Assembly (NCBI GenBank): GCA_041690135.1 | Contig: JAWLHY010000015.1 | Span: forward strand, 32,001-96,000 | DNA length: 64,000 nucleotides | DNA from: Armatimonadota bacterium | GTDB taxonomy: Bacteria > Armatimonadota > SYMT01 | Direction: 5' to 3' | Part shown: piece by piece, positions 20,790 to 31,557 of the stretch | Layout of the letters: the number at the start of each line of letters is the position of its first letter | How positions within the stretch are numbered: the first letter of the stretch is position 1 | Notes under the pieces: model-generated | Told to the model about the DNA's origin: nothing | Seen by the model: the letters and a program-made list of their open reading frames with translations, nothing else | Databases searched by the model: none | Translations under genes and position numbers: made by a program

Positions 20790-22232
20790 TCAGGCGAGGA
20801 TTTCACGGACGACCCGGGCGGGTTCGACGCCGGTGAGGCGGAAGTCGAGTCCCTGGTGGCGGTGGGTGAGCCGCTCGTGGTGGATGCCGAGCAGGTGGAG
20901 CACCGTGGCGTGCAGGTCGCGGACGTGGACCGGGTTCTCGGCCACGTTGTAGCTGAAGTCGTCCGTGGCGCCATAGGTGGTGCCGGCCTTCACGCCGCCG
21001 CCCGCCAGCCACATGGTGAAGCACCGGGGATGGTGGTCGCGGCCGGCCTCGGGGCTGTCCCACTTGCCCTGGCCCGCCACACCGCGGCCGAACTCGCCGC
21101 CCCAGATCACCAGCGTGTCGTCCAGCAGGCCCCGCTGCTTCAGATCCTGGATCAGCGCGGCAGTCGGCTGGTCGGTATCGCGGCACCGGGCCACGCACCA
21201 GGAGGGGAGGCGGCTGTGATGATCCCAGTCCGGGTGGAAGAGCTGGATGAACCGCACGCCGCGCTCCACCAGCCGCCGGGCGAGGATGCAGTTAGCGGCG
21301 TAGGTGCCCGGCCGGCGGGAGTCGGGACCGTACAGCTCGAAGACCGACTCCGGCTCCCGGCTCAAGTCCGTCAGGTCGGGGATGCTCGCCTGCATGCGGT
21401 AGGCCATCTCGTACTGCCGAATGCGGGTGGAAATCTCGGGATCGCCGGTCTCCGTCAATCGGAGCCGGTTCAGATCGCCCAGGCCGTCCAGCATCCCCCG
21501 GCGCAGTTCTCGCGGCAAACCGTCCGGATCGCGGAGGTAGAGGACCGGGTCCTTCGCGTTCCGCAGCTTCACACCCTGGTAGCGGGAGGGAAGAAAGCCG
21601 CTGCCCCAGTAGTGATCGTAGAGCGGCTGGTCGCTGGGGCGCTGCATCCGGGAGATCATCACCAGGAAGTCCGGAAGGTTCCGGTTCTCACTGCCGAGAC
21701 CGTAGCTCACCCAGGCCCCCATGCTCGGCCGGCCGGGGATCTGGTGGCCGGTGAGGAACTGCGTCATCGCGGGGGCATGGTTGATCTGGTCCGTGTGCAT
21801 GGACTTGATGAAGCAGAGCTCATCGGCGACTTTTGCCAGGTGGGGCAGCCATTCGCCGATCGTGGCCCCGCTCCGGCCGCAGCGCTGGAACTGCACCCGC
21901 GCCGGCATCACCAGCTGCTTCTGGTTGGCGGTCATCGTGGTGAGTCGCTGACCCTGGCGCACCGACTCCGGCAGCTCTTCCCCGGCCCACTTCTCCAGTC
22001 CGGGCTTGTGGTCGAACAGCTCGAGCTGCGACGGACCGCCGGACTGGGTGAGGAAGATGACCGACCGCACGCGCGCGGGGAAGTGAGGCCGGGTCGCGGC
22101 TGCCGAACCGGAGTCTGCATCCGCCCGCTCGACGAGGTGGGAGAGGGCCGCCGCGCCGAGCGCGATCCCGGCGCCCTGGCCCAGGAAGTAACGCCGCGTG
22201 ATGCCCAGGGCTTCGTCGTGCCGGTCATTCAT
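20790..22232 (-). CDS. DUF1501 domain protein (Tat)
   Basis: TRRYFL; GGPSQLELFDHKP, ARRLVERGVRF, WDHH, GEFGR, GRDHHP. Confidence 0.92.
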   Translation of the reverse strand: MNDRHDEALGITRRYFLGQGAGIALGAAALSHLVERADADSGSAAATRPHFPARVRSVIFLTQSGGPSQLELFDHKPGLEKWAGEELPESVRQGQRLTTMTANQKQLVMPARVQFQRCGRSGATIGEWLPHLAKVADELCFIKSMHTDQINHAPAMTQFLTGHQIPGRPSMGAWVSYGLGSENRNLPDFLVMISRMQRPSDQPLYDHYWGSGFLPSRYQGVKLRNAKDPVLYLRDPDGLPRELRRGMLDGLGDLNRLRLTETGDPEISTRIRQYEMAYRMQASIPDLTDLSREPESVFELYGPDSRRPGTYAANCILARRLVERGVRFIQLFHPDWDHHSRLPSWCVARCRDTDQPTAALIQDLKQRGLLDDTLVIWGGEFGRGVAGQGKWDSPEAGRDHHPRCFTMWLAGGGVKAGTTYGATDDFSYNVAENPVHVRDLHATVLHLLGIHHERLTHRHQGLDFRLTGVEPARVVREILA

Positions 22233-25200
22233 GGGTGATCGCCTCGTCCAGGTTTAGGACCATACTCGCTACCAGGGTGTAAGCCGCCGCTTCGGCCAAG
22301 TCCAGCCGCGCGGGCACCTTGCCCTGCCCGAATGCCAGGAACCGCGCCGCCTCTCCGGGTTCGGCCCGGTAGTACGCCAGGGCGCGGGTCAGCTCCCGGT
22401 CCAGGATCTTCAACTCTGGTTCGGAAGGGGCACGCGCCACCACGCGGCGGAACAGCTCCCCGAGCCGGCCGGAGCGGGTGGGGGAGGCGCGCAGGACCCC
22501 GGCCGCCAGGGCACGCGAGGCTTCCAGGTAGGTCGTGTCGTTCAGCAGGGTCAGCGCCTGCAGCGGGGTATTGGTCCGGTACTGCCGGACCTCGCATACC
22601 CGGCGCTGGGCGGAGTCGAAGAGGAACGTGGGCGCGACGGACCGTCGCCAGAAGGCATACAGGGTGCGCCGGTATTGGGCGGGACCCTGGCTCGGCTCGT
22701 AGCGGAAGCGCCCCATGAAGATCTCTTCCCACACGCCCTCCGGTTGGTAAGGCCGCACCGGCGGACCGCCGAGCGCCGGGTTGAGCAGGCCCGCGTGCCG
22801 CAGCGCCGCGTCCCGCAGCATCCAGGCCGGCAGCCGGAACCGGGTGCCGCGAGCCAGCAGCCGGTTCTCCGGGTCGCGCCGAAGCAATTCCGGAGTCACC
22901 TTCGAGCTCTGCCGGTAGGTCTCGCTGGTAACGATGAGGCGGACCAGAGATTTGATACTCCAGCCCAGGCCAACGGCGGGGCCAGGGGTTGGGGGCTGGG
23001 GGCCGGTCCGGAAGGATGAAGGATGAAGGATGAAGGATGATCCCGAGCCCTGAGACCCGACAGTAGCTGGGGTTCGCTGCTTTCGGCTCCCCCCGCCACC
23101 CAGCGGGTACCCGGCCTTCTCCCTTGCGCCCTTGCGTGCGGCCGAGCCGTACCCTTCCTGCTCAACAGGCACCCCTGCCCCCCGGCCCCCGGCCGCCAGC
23201 CCCTGACCTCTGGCCCCCGGCCCCCGATCCCCAACCCCGTCCGCAAAGCGGACTGCCAGATAATCCAATAGCTCGGGGTGCGTGGGTCGTTCGCCCTGGA
23301 GGCCGAAGTCGTCGGGGGTGCGGACGAGGCCCGCGCCGAAGAGCATCTGCCAAACGTGGTTAGCCGTTACACGGGCGGTCAGCGGGTTGTCGGGGGAGAC
23401 CAGCCACTTCGCCAGCCCGAGACGGTTCTTTGCCTCACCGGCGGGCCAGGGTGCGATCGCCGCGGGGACGCCTCGCTGGACCTGCTCTCCCTTCTTGTCC
23501 CACACACCGCGAACCAGGAGATGGGTGTCGCGCGGCTGGGGTCGCTCGGCGAGGACCATCACGTTCACCGCCTCGGCGCCCTTCTTCACCTCCGCAAGCT
23601 GCCGCTCCGCCCGGTCGAGGGCAGCCTTCGCGATAACGTAGCCGGGGACGTCGGTGAGGTACTGCTCGAACAGGCGGCGGCGCAGGTCTGGTGGGATCCG
23701 GTCCGGTCCCGCGTCTCCCAGGGCCGCCAATTCCTCCAGCGGCGCGGGTCCGAGGCGGCGAACTGTCTCCCCGGGCTGGTCGGTGACGGAGACTCGAAAC
23801 CGGCCGAGGCTGGCGTCACCGAGAGTGGAGCGGTGCCGCAGCTCCACGATCAGTTCCTCGTCGGGAGCCAAGACCAACGGCTCCGCCAGCGCGTACACGG
23901 CGGTGTGCGGGCCGCCCGGGCCGCCGCGCGTGCTCCAGCCGTTGCGGGGGTCGTCATCCAGGGTATCCCCCACCTGACCGTAGCCGCCGTTCTTTGCCTT
24001 GTCCGCCGAGAAGGAGGCGATGGCGCCCGCCATGACCAGGTCGCGCAGTTGGACGCTGCCGCGGCGGCGGACCTGTACCTTGATATCCGTGAGGATGAAC
24101 TCGCCGCTCTTTCCGCGCGAGTACCGGCCATTCGGCAGCGGCAAGACTTCCAGCCGGAGACCGGTCACTCGCCGCAGGGCGACGGGGGCCACGATGCGGT
24201 AATCGTCCTGGCGCGGATTCGGGCCGCCAGCCTGGACCGTGCCGTCCGCCTCCTGTGCCAGATGGGTGCCTTCCACGCTCCGGATCTCGCTCGCGCGGAG
24301 CGGTCGCCACGCCTGGAAGCCGCCGCGGACCTCCTTCCGACGCGCCTCCAGCCAGGTAGCAAACGGGGCTTCCGCCTCGTGCCGAGCTTCGGCTTCCTCC
24401 CGTTTCCGCGCCTCGACCAACTGCTGCGCCTCGGTGACCGCGCGGCCGGCGTACGGGGACCGGTACGAGAGGTACGGCTTCGCGGCGCGTCCCGCTCTCC
24501 CGTCCTCATCGATGCTGTTGAAGAACGAGAAAAGGCCGTAATACTCGGCCTGGGAGAGCGGATCGTACTTGTGCGTGTGGCACTGGGCGCAGCCCACGGT
24601 CAGCCCGAGCCACACCGTGCCGACTGTGTTGGTCCGGTCGATCACGTAGTCGATGCGAGACTCCTCGGGGTCGCGGCCACCCTCGCCGTTGGTCATGTGG
24701 TTCCGGTGAAAGCAAGTGGCCAGCTTCTGCTCCGGCGTGGCCCCGGGTAGGAGATCTCCGGCGAACTGCTCCAGCGTGAACCGGCTGAACGGCATATCCC
24801 GGTTGAAGGCATCCACCACCCAGTCCCGCCACGGCCAGTTGGTCCGCGTTTCGTCCGATTGGTAGCCGTCCGTGTCGGAATAGCGCGCCAGGTCCAGCCA
24901 CCACATCGCCATCCGCTCGCCGAAATGCGGAGAGGCCAGGAGGCGGTCGACCACCTTTTCGTAGGCGCCCGGGGAGCGGTCGGTGAGGAACTCCCGCACT
25001 TCCTGCGGGGTGGGAGGGAGGCCGGTCAGGTCAAACGTCACGCGGCGGATCAAAGTCTCCCGCGCGGCCGGCGGCGCGGGCTTGAGGCCATCCTGGATCA
25101 GCCGCTGCCGGACAAGGGCATCGATCGGGTGCCGGGCTCCGGCCGGTACCGGAGGCAGGATCGGCTTCTCAAAAGCCCAGTGTTTGCCCCACGGAGCTCC

Positions 25201-25593
25201 CGCGACGATCCAGCGCCGCAGCACGTCCACCTGCTGCGGGGAGAGCCGGGGCCGGTGGGAGTCGGGCGGCGGCATCCGCTCCGCCTCGCCCGCCATGATC
25301 CGCCGCAACAGTTCGCTTTTCTCCGGATGCCCCGGCACGATGGCGGGACTGCCGGAGTCCGCGGGCCGGAGCGCATCCTCCCGGCGATCCAGCCGCAGGC
25401 CGCCCTTAGCCTGTTCCGCATCCGGACCGTGGCAGGCGAAGCAGTTATCCGAAAGGATCGGTAGGATGTCCCGGCCAAAGTTGGGCACCGGTGGCGAGGG
25501 GGCTCCCCACAACTGCAGCGGCACGCCCGCCACCAGGGCCCCCAGAACGCCCCAACCCAGTACTGCCTGCTTCACGCGCCCATCCCTCATCAT
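22225..25593 (-). CDS. Planctomycete cytochrome c / DUF1549 / PSD1 (DUF1553) protein with an internal repeat-derived insertion
   Basis: CFACH and CAQCH haem motifs, LIRRVTFDLTGLPP, THPELLDYLA, TNTPLQAL; 8-nt overlap with the DUF1501 gene. Confidence 0.92.
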   Translation of the reverse strand: MMRDGRVKQAVLGWGVLGALVAGVPLQLWGAPSPPVPNFGRDILPILSDNCFACHGPDAEQAKGGLRLDRREDALRPADSGSPAIVPGHPEKSELLRRIMAGEAERMPPPDSHRPRLSPQQVDVLRRWIVAGAPWGKHWAFEKPILPPVPAGARHPIDALVRQRLIQDGLKPAPPAARETLIRRVTFDLTGLPPTPQEVREFLTDRSPGAYEKVVDRLLASPHFGERMAMWWLDLARYSDTDGYQSDETRTNWPWRDWVVDAFNRDMPFSRFTLEQFAGDLLPGATPEQKLATCFHRNHMTNGEGGRDPEESRIDYVIDRTNTVGTVWLGLTVGCAQCHTHKYDPLSQAEYYGLFSFFNSIDEDGRAGRAAKPYLSYRSPYAGRAVTEAQQLVEARKREEAEARHEAEAPFATWLEARRKEVRGGFQAWRPLRASEIRSVEGTHLAQEADGTVQAGGPNPRQDDYRIVAPVALRRVTGLRLEVLPLPNGRYSRGKSGEFILTDIKVQVRRRGSVQLRDLVMAGAIASFSADKAKNGGYGQVGDTLDDDPRNGWSTRGGPGGPHTAVYALAEPLVLAPDEELIVELRHRSTLGDASLGRFRVSVTDQPGETVRRLGPAPLEELAALGDAGPDRIPPDLRRRLFEQYLTDVPGYVIAKAALDRAERQLAEVKKGAEAVNVMVLAERPQPRDTHLLVRGVWDKKGEQVQRGVPAAIAPWPAGEAKNRLGLAKWLVSPDNPLTARVTANHVWQMLFGAGLVRTPDDFGLQGERPTHPELLDYLAVRFADGVGDRGPGARGQGLAAGGRGAGVPVEQEGYGSAARKGAREKAGYPLGGGGSRKQRTPATVGSQGSGSSFILHPSSFRTGPQPPTPGPAVGLGWSIKSLVRLIVTSETYRQSSKVTPELLRRDPENRLLARGTRFRLPAWMLRDAALRHAGLLNPALGGPPVRPYQPEGVWEEIFMGRFRYEPSQGPAQYRRTLYAFWRRSVAPTFLFDSAQRRVCEVRQYRTNTPLQALTLLNDTTYLEASRALAAGVLRASPTRSGRLGELFRRVVARAPSEPELKILDRELTRALAYYRAEPGEAARFLAFGQGKVPARLDLAEAAAYTLVASMVLNLDEAITHE

Positions 25594-25737
25594 CACACCG
25601 GCGGTTGACCACCTACCTCGGATTGCCCGCCGCTGCCAGATTCTCTTAGGTCGCCCGCAATCCCTTTGTACCCAGCGACCCTCTCGGAATCCGGGGGCGC
25701 CAGCACGCACCGTCTCGCAGCCGATTCGCGCATTGTG

Positions 25738-26619
25738 TCATTGGACGAGCAACTCCTCCCTGGGAGCGTCGTGGGCCGGCACTTCCAGGAGACGCCCAGT
25801 TCCGTTCTCACGGGACCCGGAGATCGCGACCCTCGCCGGGCGCCATTCGGCTTGTGCGACCGCTAAGGTCGCCGCGCCGCCAAGTCCCTGGCAACGCTCG
25901 CCGCCACCCGCCGCGGAGGCTTCTTCCGCCGGGACCACTACATCCAGGATCATGATCTTCTGCCAGATCTTGTTCGAAAGGCCGCTGGTAAGCGCTTCGA
26001 TATCGTTGACCGCCGCCAGCACCACCGGGTCGTTTAGATACTGCACGTGGAGGGCGGCGAGCTTGCTCGCGAGAGAGAGAAGCTCCGAGCAGAAGTCCAG
26101 GTAGCGGGCCAGTACCAGGCGCGTATAGACCCGTTTGGGCGGATAGGCGGTGCCCGGTGCGAGGAGGTGCTGCGGGTCCTTCGTCAACTGGTGCATATCC
26201 ACGATGTGGACGAGGCTGCGGAGCCGATGCAGCGCCGCCAGGGCACGCGTCCGTTTGACCCGCGTTTCCAGCGAGAAGAGAAAGAAAATCGCCAGGGAAA
26301 GCAGGACGATCTCGTTGGCCGCCGCCTCGCTCGCCTGCAGCAGTTCGGCGACACCCTCCACGCGCAACGGCACGCCGGTGGCCAGCCGCGCGAAGCCGAG
26401 CATGACAACCAGGATTCCCAGGATGCCCGCTGCGGCGCCCACGCGCAGCGGCCACATGGGGCGTCGCAGCCACCCGGCGGTCGGCCCGGCGGCGCGCGCC
26501 AGATCCCCCAGTTCAGCCGTCACCCGGCTCAATCCGGATTCTGGAAAGCTCTCCTCGATCCGCTTCTGCAGGTGGTCAATCGTCTCGACAATGCGCCTGG
26601 GGCACAGTTCGGAATACAT
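25738..26619 (-). CDS. Conserved hypothetical membrane protein
   Basis: Two TM segments; LHRLRSLVHIVDMHQLTKDP...RYLDFCSELL...IWQKIMIL; ATG 26619. Confidence 0.75.
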   Translation of the reverse strand: MYSELCPRRIVETIDHLQKRIEESFPESGLSRVTAELGDLARAAGPTAGWLRRPMWPLRVGAAAGILGILVVMLGFARLATGVPLRVEGVAELLQASEAAANEIVLLSLAIFFLFSLETRVKRTRALAALHRLRSLVHIVDMHQLTKDPQHLLAPGTAYPPKRVYTRLVLARYLDFCSELLSLASKLAALHVQYLNDPVVLAAVNDIEALTSGLSNKIWQKIMILDVVVPAEEASAAGGGERCQGLGGAATLAVAQAEWRPARVAISGSRENGTGRLLEVPAHDAPREELLVQ

Positions 26620-26722
26620 GTCCTTTCGGCCCTCCTCCGCCGCCCGGCGGCTCCCCCGCACGGGTGCGTGGGCTCCACCGGACCTCGGAATGCAAACTCT
26701 CATCTGAAGTCGGGACAGGAGA

Positions 26723-28531
26723 TCAACCGGCTGCCCGGCCTGCTTCCACGGAGCGGAGGGCGAGCTCTGGCGCGGACTCGCCGCCCAATTCCGCCCGGCA
26801 GCGCAGAGTCTCCACCAGCACCAAGGCCTCATCGGGCGTCAGGTCGAAACGGGTCAGCGTGGCCCGGGCGATCTCCAAGGCGGCTTCCCGTTCTCCCAGC
26901 ACCACTTCATCCACCCGCGAGCGTAGGTGCTCCCATTCCCGCTCGCTGTGCGTGCGAGCAATAATGGCCACATGAGGGTTTAGCGCCCGCGCGTGCTCCA
27001 CGACTCGCCGCACCGAGAGCGGGTCCGGCATTGCGAGCACCAGCACCCGGGCGCGACTGAGCCCGGCGTGGTGCAACACCTCCGGATTGGCGGCATCCCC
27101 GAAGTAGGCTTCCGTGCCCTGCGCGCGGAGGTCATCCACCCGCCGCTGGTTGAGCTCCAGCACCACGCACTGGATGCCCCGGTGCTGAAGCAGGGTAGTC
27201 ACCAGGCTTCCCACCCGGCCGTAGCCGCAGATGATGGCGTGGTCGCGCAGGGATGCGTGCTCGGAGAGGGGCGCTCGCAGATCCGGCGGGCGTTCTCCAA
27301 GCAGCCGCCGTAAACCCGGTTGGCTCTGGAGCCACGCTTCCACCGGCTCGATCAGGCGGAATAACAGTGGGTTCAGAGAGATGGAGAGCAGCGCCCCGGC
27401 CAGCACGAGCTGATAGCCCTCTTCCGGCAGGAGTTGCAGCTCTCGCCCCAACTCGGCCACGATGAAGGAGAACTCCCCGATCTGGGCCAGGCCCGCCGCC
27501 ACCGCCAGGCCGGTCCGCATGGGTCCGCGCAGCAGCATCACCAGCAGGAACCCGGCCAGCGCCTTGCCAATCACCACCACCGCCAGGACGGCCAGCACCT
27601 TTCCGGGCGAGGTCACCAGGACCCGCGGGTCGAAGAGCATCCCCACCGACACAAAGAAGAGCACGGCGAAGGCATCCCGGAGGGGGAGGGCATCGGCGGC
27701 AGCCTGGTGGCTCTGGTCCGACTCGCTGATGACTACCCCGGCCAGGAAGGCACCCAGGGCCAGGGAAACCCCCAGCAGCATCGCGGAGCCGACCGCCACC
27801 CCCAACGCGACAGCCAGCACCGCCAGCGAGAACAGCTCGCGAGAGTTGGTCCGCGCGACTTGCATCAGGAACCACGGGAAAGCCCGCGCGCCCACGAACA
27901 GCATGAATGCCACGAACAGGGCCGTCTTGCCGATCGCCAGGAGAAAGGCCAGCAGCACGTTGCCGCCTCCCAGCGTCGCCGCGGCCCCATGCCCCGCCGT
28001 GCCGCCGAGGGACACAGCGACTGCCGGCAGCAGCACGAGCACCAGCACGGTGACCAGATCCTCGACGATCAGCCAGCCGACCGCGACCCGGCCGTGGCTG
28101 GTCTCCAGCAGGTCCCGCTCGATCAGGCCGCGGAGGAGCACCACGGTACTCGCGACGGAGAGAGCGAGCCCCAAAACGATGGCGCCGCCCACCCCCCAGC
28201 CCCAGATCAACGCCAGCGCGCCTCCCAGCAGCGTGGCGATAAGGATCTGCCCGAGTGCGCCGGGGACGGCGAGGGCACGCACCGAAAGCAGGCGACGGAC
28301 CGAGAAGTGAATGCCGACGCCGAACATCAGCAAGATCACGCCGATCTCGGCGAGTTCTGTCGCAATCTCTACGTCGCCGGTGAAGCCGGGGGTGAACGGG
28401 CCGATCACTACCCCGGCCAGGAGATAACCCACGATCGTGGGTAGGCGAAGACGGGTGGCAATGAAACCACCCACGAAGGCGGCCACCAGGCCGGCGGTGA
28501 TCGTGACGATCAGGCCTACCCCATGCGGCAT
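26723..28531 (-). CDS. CPA2 cation:proton antiporter with TrkA-N (YbaL/Kef-like)
   Basis: VGYLLAGVVIGPFTPG, LAQIGEFSF, GYGRVG Rossmann motif, FGDA. Confidence 0.92.
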   Translation of the reverse strand: MPHGVGLIVTITAGLVAAFVGGFIATRLRLPTIVGYLLAGVVIGPFTPGFTGDVEIATELAEIGVILLMFGVGIHFSVRRLLSVRALAVPGALGQILIATLLGGALALIWGWGVGGAIVLGLALSVASTVVLLRGLIERDLLETSHGRVAVGWLIVEDLVTVLVLVLLPAVAVSLGGTAGHGAAATLGGGNVLLAFLLAIGKTALFVAFMLFVGARAFPWFLMQVARTNSRELFSLAVLAVALGVAVGSAMLLGVSLALGAFLAGVVISESDQSHQAAADALPLRDAFAVLFFVSVGMLFDPRVLVTSPGKVLAVLAVVVIGKALAGFLLVMLLRGPMRTGLAVAAGLAQIGEFSFIVAELGRELQLLPEEGYQLVLAGALLSISLNPLLFRLIEPVEAWLQSQPGLRRLLGERPPDLRAPLSEHASLRDHAIICGYGRVGSLVTTLLQHRGIQCVVLELNQRRVDDLRAQGTEAYFGDAANPEVLHHAGLSRARVLVLAMPDPLSVRRVVEHARALNPHVAIIARTHSEREWEHLRSRVDEVVLGEREAALEIARATLTRFDLTPDEALVLVETLRCRAELGGESAPELALRSVEAGRAAG

Positions 28532-28948
28532 AGGCTTGTTTTCCTTTCCTCGCTGCGGACCGGCTCCTGGAGGCTTACCCGCCAGGCTCCTCTCCGCCTC
28601 GATAGGTCACTAGATGTGTCACCGCCTGCGGTTCCGAGACGGGAGCTGCTTCCGGGGCGTTCTCCCCAACTCTCCCGACCTTTAAGCGGTGCTTCAGGAT
28701 GGAGATCCGTCCGATCGAGCGGACCTCACCCCCTGTACTGTGTTTCCCTTCTGCGTCGGCACGCGACTCCGTCTCGTGTGGTTTAGCGGCGGGAAGGCTG
28801 GCCGCAGCCGCTGCAGAGAGACCCAATCCAGTATAACAGCAGAGTCCTCGTTCCTCCCAGGTGAATGATTAGGCCCCGCAGTGGGCACTCTGTGATCGGC
28901 GGGCCCATCGAAGGAGAGGCCTACCCGCACGACGGCTCCGGAACGCCC

Positions 28949-30670
28949 ATGAACGAGCAAGCGTTTCTCCCTAACCTGGCGGCGGCGCTCCTGGCTTCTA
29001 TCGTCGGCGGCACCCTCGCGCGGAAGCTCGGCCTGCCGGTACTCGTGGGGTACCTCGTGGCGGGAATCGTCGTGGGGCCGCACACTCCCGGCTGGTTCGC
29101 GGACGAAGAGGCGGTTCGGATGCTGGCGAACCTGGGGGTCGCGCTGCTGGTGTTCGCGGTGGGGGTGCAGTTCTCTCTCCGGCAACTCCTGGAGGTGCGC
29201 CGGGTTGCGCTGGTCGCGGGCGGGGTGCAGATTGCCGCCACCATCGTACTCGGCTTCTTCCTCGGCCTGGCGTTCGGATGGGGAGTGTACGGAGGCTTTT
29301 TCCTCGGCTGCGCCCTGGCCCACTCTTCCACCGCCGTGATGATGCGCATTCTGGAAGAACGTGGGGAGTTGGGCACCGGCCATGGAGCGGCCATGCTAAG
29401 CGTCTCCATCGTGCAGGATCTCTCCCTCGTCGTGATGGTGGCGCTCCTACCGTCGCTGGCCGAACTGGCCGCGAAGGGACCGGACATCTTACTGGAGGTG
29501 GCGCTATCGGTATTGCGGGCTGTCGGCGCCGTGGGGATCGCGCTTCTGCTCGCGCTGCGCGTCGTGCCGGGCATCCTGAACCGCATGGCGGCCACCGGCT
29601 CGCGCGAGCTGTTTATCCTGGTGGTGGTCGCCATCTGCCTCCTGGCCGCCTATGCCGCCCAGCTTGCCGGGTTGTCCCTGGCCATCGGCGCTTTCCTGGC
29701 CGGCATGGTGATCTCCGAGTCGGACTTCGCCCATGAGGTGTTCTCGCAGGTCCGGCCGCTGCGCGACGTGTTCGCATCGCTCTTCTTTGTCTCGATCGGG
29801 ATGCTGCTCAACCCTGCCTTCGTGCTCAGCCACGGACTGGAGATAGGGGCCGTGGTGGCCACCATCCTGGTCGGCAAGACCCTGGTTTCCGCGGTTCCCA
29901 TCTTTCTCGTCGGGTGCCACGGCCGCACCGCATTGCTGGCCGGGCTGGGGCTGGCGCAAATTGGTGAATTTTCCTATATTCTGGCGGCGGTGGGCATCGA
30001 GCGCAACCTGATTCCGGCGGAAATGTCGAGCGTCATTCTCACCGCCTCGCTGATCACCATCCTTCTGTCCCCCTTCCTGTTCGGGGCGGGAGACCGGCTC
30101 TATCAACGCCTGAATGCCCTCCCCGCGCTGTCCCGCCGGCTCAACCGGCCTCCTCATTCAGAGCCGCCGGCGTCCGAGCGCGCCGAAATCCGGCCACGCG
30201 TGATCATCCTCGGGGGCGGCCGGGTGGGGCGGTACGCGTCGGAGGCCCTGAGGGCGCACAACGTGCCGCACGTGGTGGTGGACTACGACGCCGCGGCCAT
30301 CGACTGGATGCGCGCCCGGGGTGTGCCGGTAGTGTACGGCGACGCCACGTCGCAGGTCGTACTGGAACAGGCTCACCCGGAAACGGCGGAGTTGGCGATG
30401 GTCGCACTACCCGAGGCCGCCATTACGGAGATGGTCGTTCGCCTTTTGAAACGGCTGGCCCCCTCCGTAACGGTCGTTGCCCGGGTGCATCGCGGGGTGG
30501 ACATCCCCCGCATCCGCCAGGCCGGGGCCGACGCGGTTATCCACGCGGAGTTCGAGGCGGGAACCGAAATGATCCGGCAAGGCCTGGACCGTCTCGACAT
30601 TCCGAGCCCACGGTTGGAGGAGTATCTGGACCGGATGCGGCAGCGGCGATACGCCGAGGAAATCGGGTAG
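28949..30670 (+). CDS. Second CPA2 cation:proton antiporter with TrkA-N
   Basis: VGYLVAGIVVGPHTPG, QIGEFS, GGGRVG, YGDA. Confidence 0.9.
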   Translation: MNEQAFLPNLAAALLASIVGGTLARKLGLPVLVGYLVAGIVVGPHTPGWFADEEAVRMLANLGVALLVFAVGVQFSLRQLLEVRRVALVAGGVQIAATIVLGFFLGLAFGWGVYGGFFLGCALAHSSTAVMMRILEERGELGTGHGAAMLSVSIVQDLSLVVMVALLPSLAELAAKGPDILLEVALSVLRAVGAVGIALLLALRVVPGILNRMAATGSRELFILVVVAICLLAAYAAQLAGLSLAIGAFLAGMVISESDFAHEVFSQVRPLRDVFASLFFVSIGMLLNPAFVLSHGLEIGAVVATILVGKTLVSAVPIFLVGCHGRTALLAGLGLAQIGEFSYILAAVGIERNLIPAEMSSVILTASLITILLSPFLFGAGDRLYQRLNALPALSRRLNRPPHSEPPASERAEIRPRVIILGGGRVGRYASEALRAHNVPHVVVDYDAAAIDWMRARGVPVVYGDATSQVVLEQAHPETAELAMVALPEAAITEMVVRLLKRLAPSVTVVARVHRGVDIPRIRQAGADAVIHAEFEAGTEMIRQGLDRLDIPSPRLEEYLDRMRQRRYAEEIG

Positions 30671-30735
30671 GGTCACCGGAAGCACCGGGTATAAGGGAGA
30701 GACCCGGACCAGAACGTTCCGGGCATACACCGGAA

Positions 30736-31557
30736 ATGCGGATACTCCTGGCACATCACGGCTCCAGCGGTAGTTGGGACGCGGTTTCCGTCCTCAACGC
30801 ACTTCCCCTGCCGGCTACGGCCCACGTCACCGTCCTCACCGTTGCCTCGCCCGGACGAGAAGCGCGCGCCGCGGAGATAGCCGCCCGGTGTGCCGAGCAC
30901 CTGCGCCTGCCGGGAACCGTGGAGACCCGGACCCGCACCGGTTACCCCGAGGAAGAGATCCTGGACCTCGCCGCCGCAACGTCCACCGACTTGATCCTGG
31001 TGGGCGCCACCAGCCGGGGCGCCCTTCCGCAGTTTCTCCTGGGCAGCGTGGCGGAACGCGTGGTGCATCACGCATCTTGCTCCGTACTGGTCGCCCGGCC
31101 GCTCAAGGACGAAATCCGCAAGGTCCTGCTCGGGTTCGATGGAACCGACCCCGCCTGCGCCGCGGCGAAGGCTCTCCAGAAGTTCCCACTGCAACCAACC
31201 ACGGTATTCGAGGTGGTGACGGTTTACCCACCGCTACCGGGAGACGTGCGGATCAGGGAGCCGGTTTATGTGACTGCCGCGGTCGAGGAAACGATGCTCA
31301 CCGAGCGCCGGGAACAGGCGGTCGCCGCCCTCACGGATGCCGGAAAGCACGTCACAGTTGCGGCTCTTGAAGGAGATCCCGCCCTGCGCCTTCTGGAACT
31401 GGCTCGGGACGCGGATCTAGCCGTTGTGGGGTCCCACGGCGCAGGCCTGGGCGCCCGCTTCGTACGCTTTCTGCTGGGGAGCGTGGCGGAAAAACTGATC
31501 CGCCACGCTCCATGCTCCGTGCTCGTCGCGCGGGCCGGAGCGAGCCCACCCGCCTGA
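30736..31557 (+). CDS. Universal stress protein (tandem USP domains)
   Basis: Two LLGSVAE...H(A)..SVLV motifs. Confidence 0.9.
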   Translation: MRILLAHHGSSGSWDAVSVLNALPLPATAHVTVLTVASPGREARAAEIAARCAEHLRLPGTVETRTRTGYPEEEILDLAAATSTDLILVGATSRGALPQFLLGSVAERVVHHASCSVLVARPLKDEIRKVLLGFDGTDPACAAAKALQKFPLQPTTVFEVVTVYPPLPGDVRIREPVYVTAAVEETMLTERREQAVAALTDAGKHVTVAALEGDPALRLLELARDADLAVVGSHGAGLGARFVRFLLGSVAEKLIRHAPCSVLVARAGASPPA

